A stretch of DNA of 64,000 bases, taken from the NCBI GenBank assembly GCA_950097015.1, contig CATNEN010000001.1, forward strand, positions 24,800,001-24,864,000, read 5' to 3'. A program made the position numbers and the translations under genes. The notes beneath the pieces were generated by a model. That model was not told the DNA's origin. It did no database searches and saw nothing but the letters and a program-made list of their open reading frames with translations. This DNA comes from Macrostomum hystrix. Taxonomy: Eukaryota > Animalia > Platyhelminthes. Positions 46,490 to 60,330 of this stretch are shown here, piece after piece; the first letter of the stretch is position 1, and each line of letters opens with the position of its first letter.

Positions 46490-47220
46490 GGGTCTAACAC
46501 ATTTTATCACCCACAAAATCTCACTGAAAGATGAAACAGCTGTCAAAATCGCCACAAACGGATTCCACCCCATCTGCAAAAACAGGTTGATGCGCAACAA
46601 GTAGATGACATGCTAGCCAAGAATCTGGTTCACCCCGGTTATTCGGCTTATTCTACACCAATAGTAATGGTTCCGAAGAAGGAAATTCTACCCTAAGCCA
46701 CAGAACGAGACGCCAGCTTTTAACAGACTATTTGCCCACCCCGCTTAAGCGCGAGCAGATTATTGAGGCTCAACGTTTTTTTTTTATTATTATTAAAACG
46801 CGCACGCCATCTATGGGTGCTGATTTTTTATATATATACGAGCTCGTATTTTTTAACAACACATTTAAATGAACAACGAAAAGCAACATAAAAAGCGAAG
46901 TTAAGTAGGAATCAAGGCTCAACGTGCAGACCCCGCGATTCACACCTTGGCGGAATGGAAGCGCGAAGGCCTGGCCAAGCCCCCCAGTTGAGCAATGCAA
47001 GCCCCGACTTAAAACAATTGAGTGAGCAATTCGAAGCAATGAATGTTGAGAATGAATTGTTAGTTAATCAAGGATGAAAGTGAATGGAAGATTGTTTAAT
47101 CCAAGTCCGTGGATAAGCTAGCTTTTAGCGATCTGCATAAAAGCCCGTTAGCAGGACACCTGAGTAGAGACAAAACCATTCAGCTAGTGAAAAAGAGATT
47201 CTGGAGACCGGCCTTCCAGG
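46490..47220 (+). mobile_element. Ty3/Gypsy pol fragments (RT N-terminus; integrase zinc-binding part)
   Basis: THKISLKDETAV...QVDDMLAKNLVHPGYSAYSTPIVMVPKK (~46500-46683) and HKSPLAGHLSRDKTIQLVKKRFWRP (47136-47210). Confidence 0.75.
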
Positions 47221-47438
47221 TTTGCCCGCGGTCGATTGCCCCAAAGCCAGCGCATGCAGCCGCAGCAAGCGCCACCGCTGATGCAACATCCCGTTGTGCC
47301 ACAATTGCAGTCCAATGTACGGACTCCGTTCCACCGGCTTGGTCAGCAACAGTTGCCACAGCAGCCCCAGCCGCAGCAATGCCCACAGCAGTAGCAGCGG
47401 TCGCAGGAGCAGCAGCAGCAGCAGCCATTGACAGCTCC

Positions 47439-49000
47439 GTTGTTGTTGTTGTCGGCGTACGGATCCCTCGCAAGGCATATGGGGAGCGCGCCAGCTGCCC
47501 CGTCGCCACGACAAGGATCCGCCGCACCCGGTTCTGGTCCTCCCGCAGGACATTGTGACATTGAGCCAGTGGTGGCCCTCTGGAGGGTGTTCTCCCCCCG
47601 ACGCTGGTCCGCCCACCGCGGGCTGTCGAGCAGGAAGTGGCGGGATTCCTTCACTGGGGCAGAGCAACGGGGATCTTGCCCCAACGGAAAAGGCTTGAAG
47701 AAACTACGTGCGGTTCGCCCTGAGCTAGAACAGAGCCACCTCTGCCTGTGAGCCGCTTGGCGCCACTGAGCCTGTCAGTATGGTCGGGAGGGACAAGGTC
47801 AAGGTAGTTCCTGTCATCTTCAGCTTGACCTTGCCTCCGGAGGGCTGCTCGGAGTGCTGCGACCGGCACTGGCAGATTCTCTTGCGGGGAGCGCACATCA
47901 TGCATGGGTCAGATTGTCAGCTTCCTCATTGAGTGCCAGCCCGGCGTGCCCTGGCACCCACATGACGGCGGGCCGGTGAACGGTGGCGAGCTGCTCCATT
48001 GAAATTGACGCCTAGGCTGTAGCGTGGTCCGGTAGGCATTTCGTCGGTTACTGGAGCGGTTTCAAAGAGCGCTAGAGAGTCGAAAAGCAGCCACACGGTC
48101 ATTCTTGGCCGATCATGGAGGATGACGACACCCGCCTCAAGGCCGGCCGCGGCCGTAGTCGCTTCTGCAGTAGTTGAGCAAGTCAGGCAGCCCGCTGGAT
48201 GTCCCGGCTTCCTTGGGCCCTTTGTCGGACCTCCTCCATTGTGAATGCCATCCTCCGCCGCGCCATCCATCCAGATTTGCAGGTCCGGCCTCGGGATCCC
48301 GCGCCGACGCCGGTGATGATTCTGGCCGCGCACAGTTGGCTGATTCGAGCTGATCGTGGTAGGCGGGCGCAAGAAATGGCCACAACAGCTCGGCGCCGTA
48401 AAGGCCTGCTAGGCGGAAGTACCCGCAGAAGAGATGGCGCAGGGTCTCGAAGCGCGCTCCCCAGGACCGTGCGGCGATGCAGCAGCGATGACTCCTAGGA
48501 TCTTAATCTCACTCTTGCCAGCTTAAAGAGTGCCGCCAAACGTTCCATTCAGTTCCGCAGTGTGGTTGCTGACTAGGAGAGCTTCCGTCTTCGCCGGGGC
48601 TGCTATTTGCACCAGACGTTCTTCTTGTATCAAGTCGTTCTCTTCAGCCCAGGCGCTCGTGCGGCGATTGATCAAAGTCTCGAAAGTCTTGCCCACGCAG
48701 CTCAACAACGAGACCGGGCGAAAGAACTTTTGCTGGTCGGCTTTCGGGTCATCGGGCGGCTTCTCGTTTTGGCGACAGGGCAGATGATGGCCGTAAGCCA
48801 CGCAGAGGGGACCCTCCCCTCCCGCCAGCTCCGGTTACAGAGAGATAGCAGCGCACGTTGGCCTTGGTCCTGAAGCTGCTTGACGAAGGAAGGGAGGATG
48901 CCGTCTTTCCCAGGAGCGGAGCCTGCGGAGCAACGGAGGGTGTCCGCCAGTTCCGCCGGTTAGAATGGGGCCTCGAGTGGGTCCTCTCCAAAGTGCCAAG
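47439..49000 (-). mobile_element. Decayed RNase H-containing LINE (I/ingi-like)
   Basis: RT fragment FRPVSLLSCVGKTFETLINRR (~48660-48725), RNase H-like DLQIWMDGAAEDG (~48250-48285), and (AAC)n tail at 47439-47452. Confidence 0.72.
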
Positions 49001-49174
49001 GGCTCAGTGAATTTCTAGTTTGGCTGCTTGCTGGTCGACTTTCGGGGCTAATTTCCACGTAGGCCCCAATGACCATGTCCGTTTTCTCTCTGACCGAGGT
49101 GTCGTAACTGACGAGAGTCGGGAGCCAGTTTGCTGAATCAGAAGTCGAACCCTTACTCAGGCATTGAACCTTGC

Positions 49175-52100
49175 TGTAATTGAATTGACACGACTTAATT
49201 GATTTTCTCTTTAAGGTTTGTTGAGAGAAAGCAAGCGCGGTCTCTGGGCCGCTGGTTTGACGTTATTTATTTAGATAAAGCGAAGAGAAATGAACGCGTG
49301 GGGGAGGGTGCCAAGGGGACGAGCAGATGTACATTGCATGACAGGGTGGAGCGGGGTGAAAGGTGAGTCGGCTTTCACTTAATGCACAAAAAACCATTTG
49401 GGCTGAATAAATATGTACTTTTCCGCCACACTCCCCCAATGACCCGAGCGATTGAGGTCAAGGTCATTTCACAGAAGAAAAAGTAACACAAGGAAAAAAA
49501 CAAATATTGCCGCCGCCGCTAAAACATCGGACTGCGAAATGAACAACAACCGAGGAAGCACGATAATCAACCAACGGTAGATTTACCGCAACCTTACAAA
49601 AAAACTCTCCAACAGACGCTACCCCAATACCGACAAAAAAAACACAGAAAGCACCGACCTAAAAAACACAGGAAAACCGACTGGACACAGACACTGTAAA
49701 ATTTTGCACAACCATCTACGGAAACAAAAACCAACGCCGCCGCCAAAACCGACCACCGAATAACACCGACTGAAAACCATCAACCAACCGACTGAAAACC
49801 ATCAACCAACCGACTGAAAACCATCAACCAACCGACTGACCGACCACCGAACGACACACAGCCACCGATAGCGAACGAAAACCGCCTAAACGCCACCAGC
49901 ACCGACCAAAAAACACAGGAAAACCGATTAGACGCAGCTTGCAACAGAGCGAAATACCACCAGCGACACGTCAGACTTCCAGAGGTACTAGCAACTTCAC
50001 TGGCCGTCGAAGATGCGTGGCCGCTCGACCACTCTGAGAACTGGCTACCCACAGTAGGCATGAGCGGGCGACTCCATCGCGACCCTGGTGCACCGCTTCG
50101 ACAACCGCAAGCTTCCATTGAAGTCTTGGCAAACCGGCATCAATCACTAACACTACGTCACCAGGTCGTATTTCCCGATTCGATGTTCGACCGTCTTTGA
50201 ATGACCGCTCACGAAGGGCCAGAATGTACTGTGCTTGCCACTCCTTCCAGAACTTTTTCAGCAAATGTCTGGACTTTCGGAGCCTTTCAGGAAGCGGCAG
50301 GACCATTGAAACTTCCGCTTCTTCCTCTGGTTCTTTTGTCAGGCGGCGCAGGACGAGAAAATGGCCAGGTGTGATGACTTCTGATTGCTCGCAGGAAGAC
50401 ACAAAGCCAAGCGGTCTTGAGTTTACAACCGCTTCAGCCTCACAGATTGCTATCGACAGCTCCTCGAAGGTCAGGAACGCCCTTCCGATTGTCTTCTTAA
50501 TCACTGATTTCACTACGCCGACCAGTCTCTCGTAGAAGCCTCCCATCCATGGAGCTCGCTCGGGAATAAATGTCCAGGTGACTTGGCGGCTGCTCAGAAA
50601 ATCTTGACCTGCTTGAGTCCGTAATGGAGTTTCTTCTGCATCTAGTAGCCTGGCCGCCGTATGGAAGGTTTTGAAGTTGTCAGAGATAATCGATGGTACA
50701 CCTCGGAGGGCACAGAAGCGTCTCAGGCTCAGAAGGAATGACTGCGTAGTCAAGTCAGAGACGAGTTCGAGATGCACTGCTCGTGTGCTTGTGCATGTCA
50801 ACAATATAATTTAGGATTTATGTTGGCCGTCATCCTTCCCCTGCGGTAGATGAGGGGGCCGCATTAATCAAGGCCAACATGCTGGAAGGCCCTGCCCGGT
50901 GACGCGCGGGACGTAGGTAACTGCGCTCTTTGGGAGATCTAGTACGGCAGGCCTTGAAGACGTATGCACGTGTTGCATGCTTTAAGGACAGACTAGACTT
51001 TCTATCGTCCCTTCATGAGCCAGAATTCCTCTCGAATTGGGAGTAACGTTGCTGCCACACCACCATGACCAACCTTGTTGGTGCGCCTCCCAGATCTCAG
51101 TCGGAGAAAGAACCGGCGATTTTTGGTGGGTCAAGAGCTTGGTTTCACCGAGTCGACCTGCACTGCGGAGGACTCCCCCTGAATCTATAAATAGCCTCAG
51201 ATTACAATTGAGCGGCGTGCGGGCGGTGCCCTCTTTGAGACATCGTATGCCCAAACTAAAATCTCGTGCCTGCAGCGACTTGATCCAGCAGTCCTCCGCT
51301 TGTAACAACTCCGTAGTCGTCAACTCGCCGCTGCGCTCTCGCCTCTTCTGTTTGATTGTCTTGATAAAGCGGGACACCCAAGCAGTGACGCGCAACAGTT
51401 TCGTTAGTGTGCTGAACCGTTGCAGCTCAATAATGGAGTGGACTCTCTTTAGCTGAACATCGGGTGTCCTCGCCTGAGTTATCGAACAGCTGGGCTAATC
51501 TTCTCGAGATATGGAAGGCTGATCGCACATCACAGGCTGTTCTGGCCAGTGCAGGTCAGGTTCAGACAGCCACGTTGGACCTCGAAACCACGATGACGTT
51601 GCTGTGAACGTCCTAGGGACTACCGGTCGCGTAGCAATGTTCGCTGGATTGTCCTTTCCTGGACAGAACCGCCATGATTCCGGGGCGACTGTCAAACGAA
51701 TTTTGATTGCATGATTTTGAATGAATGGCTTCCACAGCTTGTGCTTCGATTTGAGCCACAACAGGACGTCCATGCTGTCGCTCCAACAGACGATCGAGCA
51801 GTCCGGATATTCTGCGCGAATCTCACTGACTGCTTGCGCAAGCTCATGAGCAGCCATCAACTCCAGGCGTGGAGTGGTGGTCGGAGACATCGGGCTATAC
51901 GCACCTTCCCCATTAACAAAGAAACTTGCACCGCACCCGACTCGAATGTGGAACGTAGGAACAAGCACGCCGCATATGCTGACTGTGACGCGTCGCAGAA
52001 CCCATGGATCTCGGTGGCAATCGGCTTGCCATTGACGACTCACCTATCGATTTCAGTTGACCAACCTTTCAAATCCTTTAAACATTCGATCCACTGCCCT

Positions 52101-55100
52101 TGTAAGGGTTCCGGTAGCACCGCGTCCCAGGAAATTTTTAGCTTTGCTGACAGAGCAGCTTCGGTCGCGTCAGAAATGGACACAGCAGACCCAGAGGGTC
52201 GAAGGTTTTGGAGAATCCCGACAACGTGGCCCGCTTAGTCAAATTTTCTCTTGCAAGCTTGGCTGCCGGGTGGTCGCTAATCGCTAGGATGAAGACATCC
52301 TTGTGCGGAGCCCACTGCATACCTAAGACTTTAACCGACGACTCACCCCACAAGGCGGCGTCACCCCACAACCTTCTTCACGAGCTACAGTGTTCAGAAC
52401 TGAGCAATTCAAAAGCCAGCCGCGGATGTTCATGGACATTCATTCTCCGGGAATACGCTTTAAGTGGTCCTGTACAGCTCCACGGCTTCGATCACCGAGT
52501 CGGCTCCGGACACGAGGTTGCCGACGTAGGTGTCTCGTGAAAGCTTCCGGCGTGTGTCCGGCGAGGCTTTGGTTGTGACCCGGAAATGATGAAGTAGCGT
52601 TTCTATCTTGATCGCCGGATTCGAAATCAAGCCGAACACTAGGCGTACGTACCGAAATACTTGAATGTCTGAGTTTTTATCTTCCTTGTTCGTCACCCAC
52701 AAGAATCTGAGAGCATCTCTGTCTTCCTCTCGAATCACGATTTGCAGAAAGGCCTTCTCGACATCCGCAATAATCGCTATTTAGGCTATTTAGGATGATT
52801 CCTAAAGCGCAGCAGCAGCGACGAAACGGAAGGTAGACGGCATGGACCTGGCTCAAGAGCTTCGTTAAGAGAATAGCCAGCAGCTGTCCCTGCACTGGCA
52901 TCAAAAACGTTTCTGAGCCGCGTTGTTGAGCTTCCTTCCTTCACCACCGGCAGGTGTGCGATATAATGAGTAAGTGAACTTGACTTCTTGACAGGTGCCG
53001 GTTCGATAACGCCCATGGCCAGTTGCTCTTTGAAGATGGTATTATACGCAGTTAGTTGGTTCGACTGACGCAGCTTTGTCAGAGTCGAATTCAGTCGCTT
53101 GTACGCCACGTTGAAATTGTCTGGCAGTGTTTCCTTCATGCTTTGCTTGAAAGGTAGTCCGACTGAGTAGCGACTCTGGTGAGACTCGAGGTGCGTAGGG
53201 AAGCTGACCTGGCCATTGACTCCTTCAGCATGCTGCCTACGAAAATTCTCGGCAGCTTGGTCGCGCAGGGCATCGGCTATCGACTCGCCGGCGCAGTGAA
53301 GCGTGCAGCATATTTCAACACTCTCCGATGACTCGACGGTCGTCAGTCGGCCGGTTACTAGGTACCCGAGTTTACTCTTGACTGCCACCGGACCTTTCCC
53401 ACTCGCCGTCCGAACGACTTCGCCCTCCACCAGATCGTAAAACGAGTCTGCACCGACAAGGATAGAGATTGGCTCCGAGGCATCTCGGGGGTCGAATGGA
53501 TCAGCAAGTTCGAGGCGCTAAATTTCCGGATGGGCATCAAGCCTCACAGACGCTTGAGGCGAACAGATTTGCGGTTTCGTGTAAGCCTGTAGAGAATAGA
53601 CGCGTTTGGAATCCCACCGACGGATTTGAAACTTTACGATTTGCGATTTGAACTCTTCGCTTTTTGCACCAAACGTGCAGACCTGAAGAACCTCGGTTTT
53701 TTCACCCTCGAATCCCAGTTGTTGACAGAGCTCCTGGCGAATGTAGGTCTTGTTACTAGCTGTGTCGAACAACACTCGAACTGGTACGGAAATGAAATTG
53801 CCAACATATTTTTTAAGTTTAGGACGAAGCTTTTCGTCCTAAGCGGATATCGTCAGGGTCGATTTATTGAAAAACGAAAACGCAGGTGTTTAAAAGTAGG
53901 TTGTTGTACATTGTGAGTTAAAGTCCGATGGGCCAAAGGTCCAAAGGCGAACCATGATCAAGAGGTTGGAGAGGAGCGCACACACAACGCAGAGAGAGAG
54001 CGTGCCTCATACGTCAGAACACTTGGACCTGTTGGCTTGCACCGTTCCCCGCTAATTAGACATTAAGGTTTGGCTTGAGGGCCTTGATGTACATGGCTTC
54101 AAGAATGGTCAGTTTGTAATCTTGCCTACACGTGTCAACAACTTTGAACAGTTCAAGTGGCTCCTTATTACAACAACCTTATGTCTCCTTATGTCCTCTT
54201 GCTTGACGCTATTTAGGCAGCACCGTTCTCGCAACTTGATTTCACAATCTAAGGAATCCAAGAATCCCTCGAGGGTTAGCGACTTCTTTGAAGAGTGAGC
54301 GACATGTTTGGAAATTTCCGATCGAAGAACGTCGGAACGAACAGCGGGTGGTAGTTTTGCCTCCAGGTTTGGCAGCAGAAAAACTTCGTAGTTTGAATGT
54401 TCAACTCCCAGCGTCTCTAAGCCTCGCACACATGACCGAATGGTGTCGATGAAGGACCTGAGAGATTGAGTCGTGTCCGTTGGACTTTTCACTGCCTCAA
54501 GTTTCTTCATGAAGTGCTGCACTAAATTGTCCTGACCAGCGTATCGTCCGACCAGCATCTCCCATGCGTGATAGTAATCCTGTCCTGTCAATTGAAGGTT
54601 TTCCACGCAGCACCTAGCTTCACCGCGCAAGCAACTCAACAGGTATCTGAATTTCGCGACATTGGACAGACTGTTGTTCGTATGGATGGCCGCGTCAAAC
54701 TTTCCGCTAAACGCAGGCCACTGCGTTGCATCACTGCCGTCGCATCATTGACGAACAGCCGCGCTATTTCTCGATCAGCCTGCGCTAACTCAGTCTTCTC
54801 ATAATTGAGGACGCTTACCATGCTCCGAATCTCATCCTCAGAACTTTTGATTTCTTTCGCTGAAATGAACACCTGCGCCTTGTCCACCAACATCGATACA
54901 GACCGACACATCACCGCTCGATCTTTCTTCAAATCTTCTAACGCCATGACCACGAGTCACCCCCACGATAAAAAGGGTACGATGAAAGTGAGCAAACTCG
55001 CAGGAAGAAAATAAACAGAACAATGATAGGGCGACGAATATTGGGAAGCAGGTTTGATAGATGAGGGTTGCAGAATTCTAAGCTAAGAGCTAAATCAAAG

Positions 55101-55912
55101 AACTATGAATGTGCTAGCAACGTTCAGGTCGGAAAGTTCCGACCTGGGCACAGTATTTACGAGTATATTAAAAATAAAGGCCGCTTCACCGCTTAGACTT
55201 CAGTGAACCCAAATCACGCGTGACTGTGGAGAACTTGCAGAGACCGCCAGCGACGACCGATAGCACGACGAGACAGCCAGCGACGACCGCAAGCACGAAG
55301 AGACAGCCAGCGCCGACCGAGAGCACGAAGAGACCGCCAGAAACGACCGAGAGCACGACGAGACAGCCAGCGACGACCGAGAGCACGAAGAGACAGCCAG
55401 CGACGACCGAGAGCACAAAGAGACAGCCAGCGACGACGGAGAGCACGACGAGACAGCTAGCGACGACCGAGAGCACGAAGAGACAGCCAGCGACGACGGA
55501 GAGCACCACAAGACAGCTAGCGACGACCACGAGCACAACGATACGAAGCGACTCACGTGGAGATTGTGACGGCGATGCAATTGATGATTTATCTTGCTCT
55601 CGGACTAAGTAACTTGATTTTCCAGCTTCCTGTCTAGAGTTCACTTCTCTAGCGAAGAGAGAAAAATGCTGAATAATCACGGTTCGAGCGCCATGTAATT
55701 AAATTGACACGACTTAATTGATTTTCTCTTTAAGGTTTGTTGAGAGAAAGCAAGCGCGCTCTCTGAGCCGCTGGTTTGACGATATTTATTTAGATAAAGC
55801 GAAGAAAAATGAACGCGTGGGGCAGGGTGCCCAAGGGACGAGCAGATGTACATTGCATGACAGGGCGGAGCGGGGTGAAAGGCTTTCACTTAATGCACAA
55901 AAACCATTCGGG
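49175..55912 (-). mobile_element. BEL/Pao LTR retrotransposon, frameshifted
   Basis: 3' LTR 49175-49430 (TG...CA) with PPT gggggag at 49431-49437. 5' LTR 55694-~55912 is truncated, with PBS-like tggcgctcgaaccgtg next to it. Gag (54109-54953), protease LFDTAS, RT, RNase H (WSDSMDVLLW, CPGKDNPA) and integrase (TCTSTRAVHLELV, APWMGGFYERLV). Confidence 0.93.
55240..55545. repeat. 30-bp tandem repeat in the BEL element 5' leader
   Basis: About 10 units of gagcacgacgagacagccagcgacgaccga. Confidence 0.88.
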
Positions 55913-56208
55913 AATTTAAGAACCAAAAAGACTGCAAGCTGCAGTCATTTGTCTAGTGCTTATTGATTTCTTTTTATGTATCTTTTTTAAAAATCAAGCG
56001 ACACAATGTTTTGAGTAAGTTTTTTTGTAAAGTCAGAGAAACTTGCAAAATGTGGAAAGTGGTGATATTTTTACTAGAAAAATTTGCCTACGAAAGATTT
56101 TTTCAGCGAGTCGCATTTAATTCAGTTTGTACGAGTATTTAAAGAAACGAAAAACTTTGGAGCTCGGAATGAAAATAGAAAAAAGCACCACAGAAGTGTG
56201 TTAGGAGA

Positions 56209-57936
56209 ATGAATTTCCTGCAGCTTGTTATTCGGTTGCTTCTTTTGCTTCCGTTGTTACACGACGATGTGGCTTCCGGCACCCGGATCTGCAAATCCTT
56301 ATATATATCCAGCTACGGCTACAGAAATGTTAGTCGGTTGCACGCGGACTTAACGGCTTATGTAGCTGGCTGCCAGTATGTTTTCGGCGACGTGAAATTA
56401 GAAAAAATAGGCATTGACCAATCAACATTCGAGTACAAACCGCTCGACGATGCAATTCGAGGCATGCAAACTGACTTTCTGGACTCCATTGTGGAGATCA
56501 GAGGAACACTAGAGATTAAGTACGTCAACCTTGAGCGCGTCACCTTTCGCAACTTGCGCACCATCCGAGGTTACGCTTTTGACAAGTTAACTAACATTTC
56601 AATTTTAATATGGATGTCGCCAAACATGAGCAAGCTAGAAATGCCCAAGTTGACTGCTATCACAAAGAGACATGTTTATCCAATTGGGCCGATGAAGTCT
56701 AGCTTGTACTGCTACCTGTCTTACAGCATCAACTGGAAAAGCCTGTTTCAAGAACCAGACCAGAGCTATTTAGATGATGTGCCTTCTATTATTACTGAAG
56801 AAGGCAGACAACTTATTATAAACAATTCGAACTCGCATGTGATTAGTGATACCTGCAATCGTCTGCTTTCCTGTCACGCTAATTGTACTCCAACTTATAA
56901 CCAAACTTGCTGGTCCGACGGTGTTGATGGCTGTCAAAGTAATCATCTGTGTCGTAAACGCAAGTGTAACTCGAACCTATGCTTCCATAACCCGAGCACT
57001 GGCCAAGAAGACTGCTGCCACGACGACTGCCTTGGCGGTTGCTCAAATCGGCCCAACGAGTGCTTCGCCTGTCGGAGTGGAGTATTGTTCAATGGTGTCT
57101 GTAGAGAATCCTGTCCGTCGAATACTAGTACCGCTAGTGGTAATGGTACTGGCGTGACTGTTTGGCGACAGATCGGCAACATCTGCGTAGAGAAGTGCCC
57201 ACTGCCTTTTCTTGTTAGCTCTGATGGCAGGAGCTGTTTATTCGAGTGTCCGTCAGAAGAAGTACCTATCAAAGGAGTTTGCACAAAGTGTATTGACAAA
57301 ATTAGCTCTAAGCCCTGCAAATCGTGCAATGTCTCCTTAATGATGTCAGACAATTTAGCATACTCATTGAGGACTGAGCAGTGTTCGATTTGGAGGGCCG
57401 CTTCTTCTCTATACGTGTCTGCTGATAAGTTAAGTAGCTTAGATAACCTTAGAGCATTGGAGAATTTAGAGTACTTTTACGGCACTTTATTAATTAAGAG
57501 ATCTCAACACTTAACAAACAATCTCCGATTTCTACGTAATATCAAACTCGTCACTAATTCCTTTACTATTTTCGCGCTCAAGACGAGGTACCTCGGACTA
57601 GCTAGCTTGGAATATACTGCTGACCTTCTGCTTATGTATATTAGTGATCTTTGCAGAGCCTGGTATCCTAGCAATCGAATCCGAGAAATCCAGGAAGTCA
57701 CTAATGAATTTCAAATTACAATCAAAAGGCTGAGCTTTGATGACAGCAGCGAGATTTGCCGGAACGCTACCTGCGATGCTCAGTGCCAGGACGAATGCTG
57801 GGGACCCGGCCCAGACATGTGCGTGGCGTGTCGGAACTTCAAAGTGAACGGCCGCTGCTATGCCACCTGTGCAGAGTCGGGCAGGATTGAAGTAAATGGG
57901 AATTGTGAACTGCCTGTGCCACAGCTAATCGGCTAA
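56209..57936 (+). CDS. Secreted EGFR-like ectodomain-only protein, copy 2
   Basis: Intact 575-aa ORF with the same architecture as copy 1. AATAAA at about 58040. Confidence 0.88.
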   Translation: MNFLQLVIRLLLLLPLLHDDVASGTRICKSLYISSYGYRNVSRLHADLTAYVAGCQYVFGDVKLEKIGIDQSTFEYKPLDDAIRGMQTDFLDSIVEIRGTLEIKYVNLERVTFRNLRTIRGYAFDKLTNISILIWMSPNMSKLEMPKLTAITKRHVYPIGPMKSSLYCYLSYSINWKSLFQEPDQSYLDDVPSIITEEGRQLIINNSNSHVISDTCNRLLSCHANCTPTYNQTCWSDGVDGCQSNHLCRKRKCNSNLCFHNPSTGQEDCCHDDCLGGCSNRPNECFACRSGVLFNGVCRESCPSNTSTASGNGTGVTVWRQIGNICVEKCPLPFLVSSDGRSCLFECPSEEVPIKGVCTKCIDKISSKPCKSCNVSLMMSDNLAYSLRTEQCSIWRAASSLYVSADKLSSLDNLRALENLEYFYGTLLIKRSQHLTNNLRFLRNIKLVTNSFTIFALKTRYLGLASLEYTADLLLMYISDLCRAWYPSNRIREIQEVTNEFQITIKRLSFDDSSEICRNATCDAQCQDECWGPGPDMCVACRNFKVNGRCYATCAESGRIEVNGNCELPVPQLIG

Positions 57937-58399
57937 TGCGATGAAGGCTGCAACGGTCCAGGGCGTGATCAGTGTGTGAACTGAGAAGTTTCGTTACGAA
58001 CAAATAAGTGCTTGATTGCAATGAGACTAAATTTGAGTTAATAAAAATTATGTGTACCAAGATCTCTAAGACTAAATTTTGGAACAAGTTTTTTTGTCTT
58101 CAAATAGTCGGTTAGCACATGCAGTGGCACACCATCAAGGCAAGCCGTTGTGGCCATATTTGTTTTCTGAGTTTGACGTGGCCTTTTATTGAAGCCAGTT
58201 AGGAAAAGATCTTCAGCAGTTGACTGTTTTTAGTTTTTCCTATACCTAAATAATATATAAATTTGACTCAAACTTCAAAATTGAATACAATATAGAAGTT
58301 TTGCAAAATGCAGTTGAGCGTTTTGCAATGCAGTTGAGCAAACTCAACAAATTCACGGGTTGTGCGTTTATTATATAGCAATGCGTCCTTGTTATGAAG

Positions 58400-59055
58400 C
58401 TTCCTTCAGCTCATTCCTGACAACATGCTTCGGAATTGCCTTTGACTTTTTAATCGAATGCTGGTCACTTTTTACAAAGTAGGACTTTGACCTCAAGCCG
58501 ACAAACCCTGTAATGAGTGTGCCAGCGGTTTCATCCTTTCTTATTTCAAGTACTTTCCTTTTGGTTGGGTCAAAAACTTGACCCCCTTTAGAGTCTTGAA
58601 TGACTCTGGATATTCGGATAGGTCATACAGATGTTTTTGCTTCAACATGTCCTGATAGACATCCTCAGTCTGTATATTTAGAACTAGGGATTCAGTGTCA
58701 GTATAGAGAAGTTTAATTTTTTGACCCTATTGCCGCTTCATATCATAGAATAATTTATACATCAGGCGCTTTGGATCGTCAAGTACAGTCACACCTGTGA
58801 ATATCGGCTTGCAGAGGGTTGTTTTGGTTTTATAAGACAAGACTGCGCCCAGGTAATCATTAAAGATATGAAGCTCTTTGAAAGTAGGCTTAGAGATACT
58901 GGTCTGAATGACACCAGGCTTATAACGGGTAACGAGTTTCAGGTTCGTGCGGTTGCGTTCGTTTCTAGGGTCTTGCCATAGACAGAGTTGTTTGCAAGCT
59001 TGAACAGGTCCTTGTCAAAGCTGTTTGTTGCTTTAGTTCTTATTGTGTATTTAAC
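58400..59055 (-). mobile_element. Polinton/Maverick (adintovirus-like) protein-primed family B DNA polymerase relic
   Basis: Hand translation of the minus strand gives DLFKLANNSVYGKT (~58970-59010), KPIFTGVTVLD, KIKLLYTDTES (58688-58720) and DETAGTLITGFVGLRSKSY. Frameshifts and stops are present. Confidence 0.82.
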
Positions 59056-59068
59056 ACAGTGATTGAAC

Positions 59069-59165
59069 TAGGGTTTGCAATTACCGGTCCTCATCTCATT
59101 ACCGGTAATTCGATCACATATATTTTATATACCGGTAATTACCGGTAATTACCGGTAAAAATTAT
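59069..59165. mobile_element. Possible hAT-like terminus (tagggtttgcaattaccggt plus attaccggta repeats)
   Basis: TAGGG start and clustered palindromic subterminal repeats. The other end was not found. Confidence 0.35.
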
Positions 59166-60330
59166 CGCTATATTTTAATTCACTAAAAACGTGTTTGTTG
59201 CTCCTTCTTAGAAAACATTAAAAAATGGTGTTTGGGCTGAACAGTGAGAATCGTAGGCATGTATATTTAGCTTGAGAGTCTGAATAAGATATGTTTTTCA
59301 GCAGAGGACAGCAACTTAAAACTGTAATTAGAGCAACAACATTATTAACTACTTTTTAAGAGTCACATCATCACATGTGAAAATGAAGTGTCAGTCAAAT
59401 TTCGCTGAGTCCCGATTGCGGATTTAAAGATGAAGCTTTGAAGAAGCTCATTGATGAAGCTCAAGCTGCAACTGAAAATCGAAAGAATCATCTTAAACTT
59501 GATTGAATCCATGCCATGAAATGGTGAAATATTTGCACTGTTCATTGCTCGAGTTTCAATTTTTGTAGCCTAATAGAAAGTGTACCATATTTTCTTTAGA
59601 CCGTATTCCTATCGCTGTAACTTGTAATATTTCACGTAAAGATCATTGTTATTAAAAATAACTCGGAATCGAACCCATTCATTGATCCACGACCGCCACT
59701 GTACTATATATTATTGAGCTTTGAGCTTATGAGACAAATACTTGCACAACGCTATTAAAGTGGACAATGTGGTAGACTGGTAGTGGATTAAATTGCCTTA
59801 CAGGCCGTGCACTGTGCTGAAAGACCGTAGCGTTTTTTTACCATTCTCGCAAAAAACAGTTCCATATTTCGGTTTCGCTTCGAGACAGCTTGTACGTTTT
59901 CACTTTTCATTGAATGCGTGTTCTGTACTGTAAAAAATATAATTAAAGTCATCCAAGCAGAGCCAACTGAACAGAGTCACACTGACACTGAGCCAGAGCC
60001 AGACAAGAGGAGTGAACTGACTGCTTGCATGGCCACATTAGTAACAGAAAGTTTTTCCCTAACTGCTTCAATAAAAGGCCACGTCAAACTCAGGTGACCA
60101 AATATGGCCACAACGGCTTGCCTTGATGGTGTGCCACTGCATGTGCTAACCGACTAATTAAAGACAAACAACTTGGTTTTTTAATTTCATCTTAGAATTA
60201 TCATAGACATCTTGGTACACTTTTATTAACTCAAATTTAGTCTCATTACAATGAAGCACTGATTCGTTCTTTATGAAACTTCTCAGTTCACACACGGATC
60301 ACGCCCTGGACCGTTGCAGCCTTCATCGCA

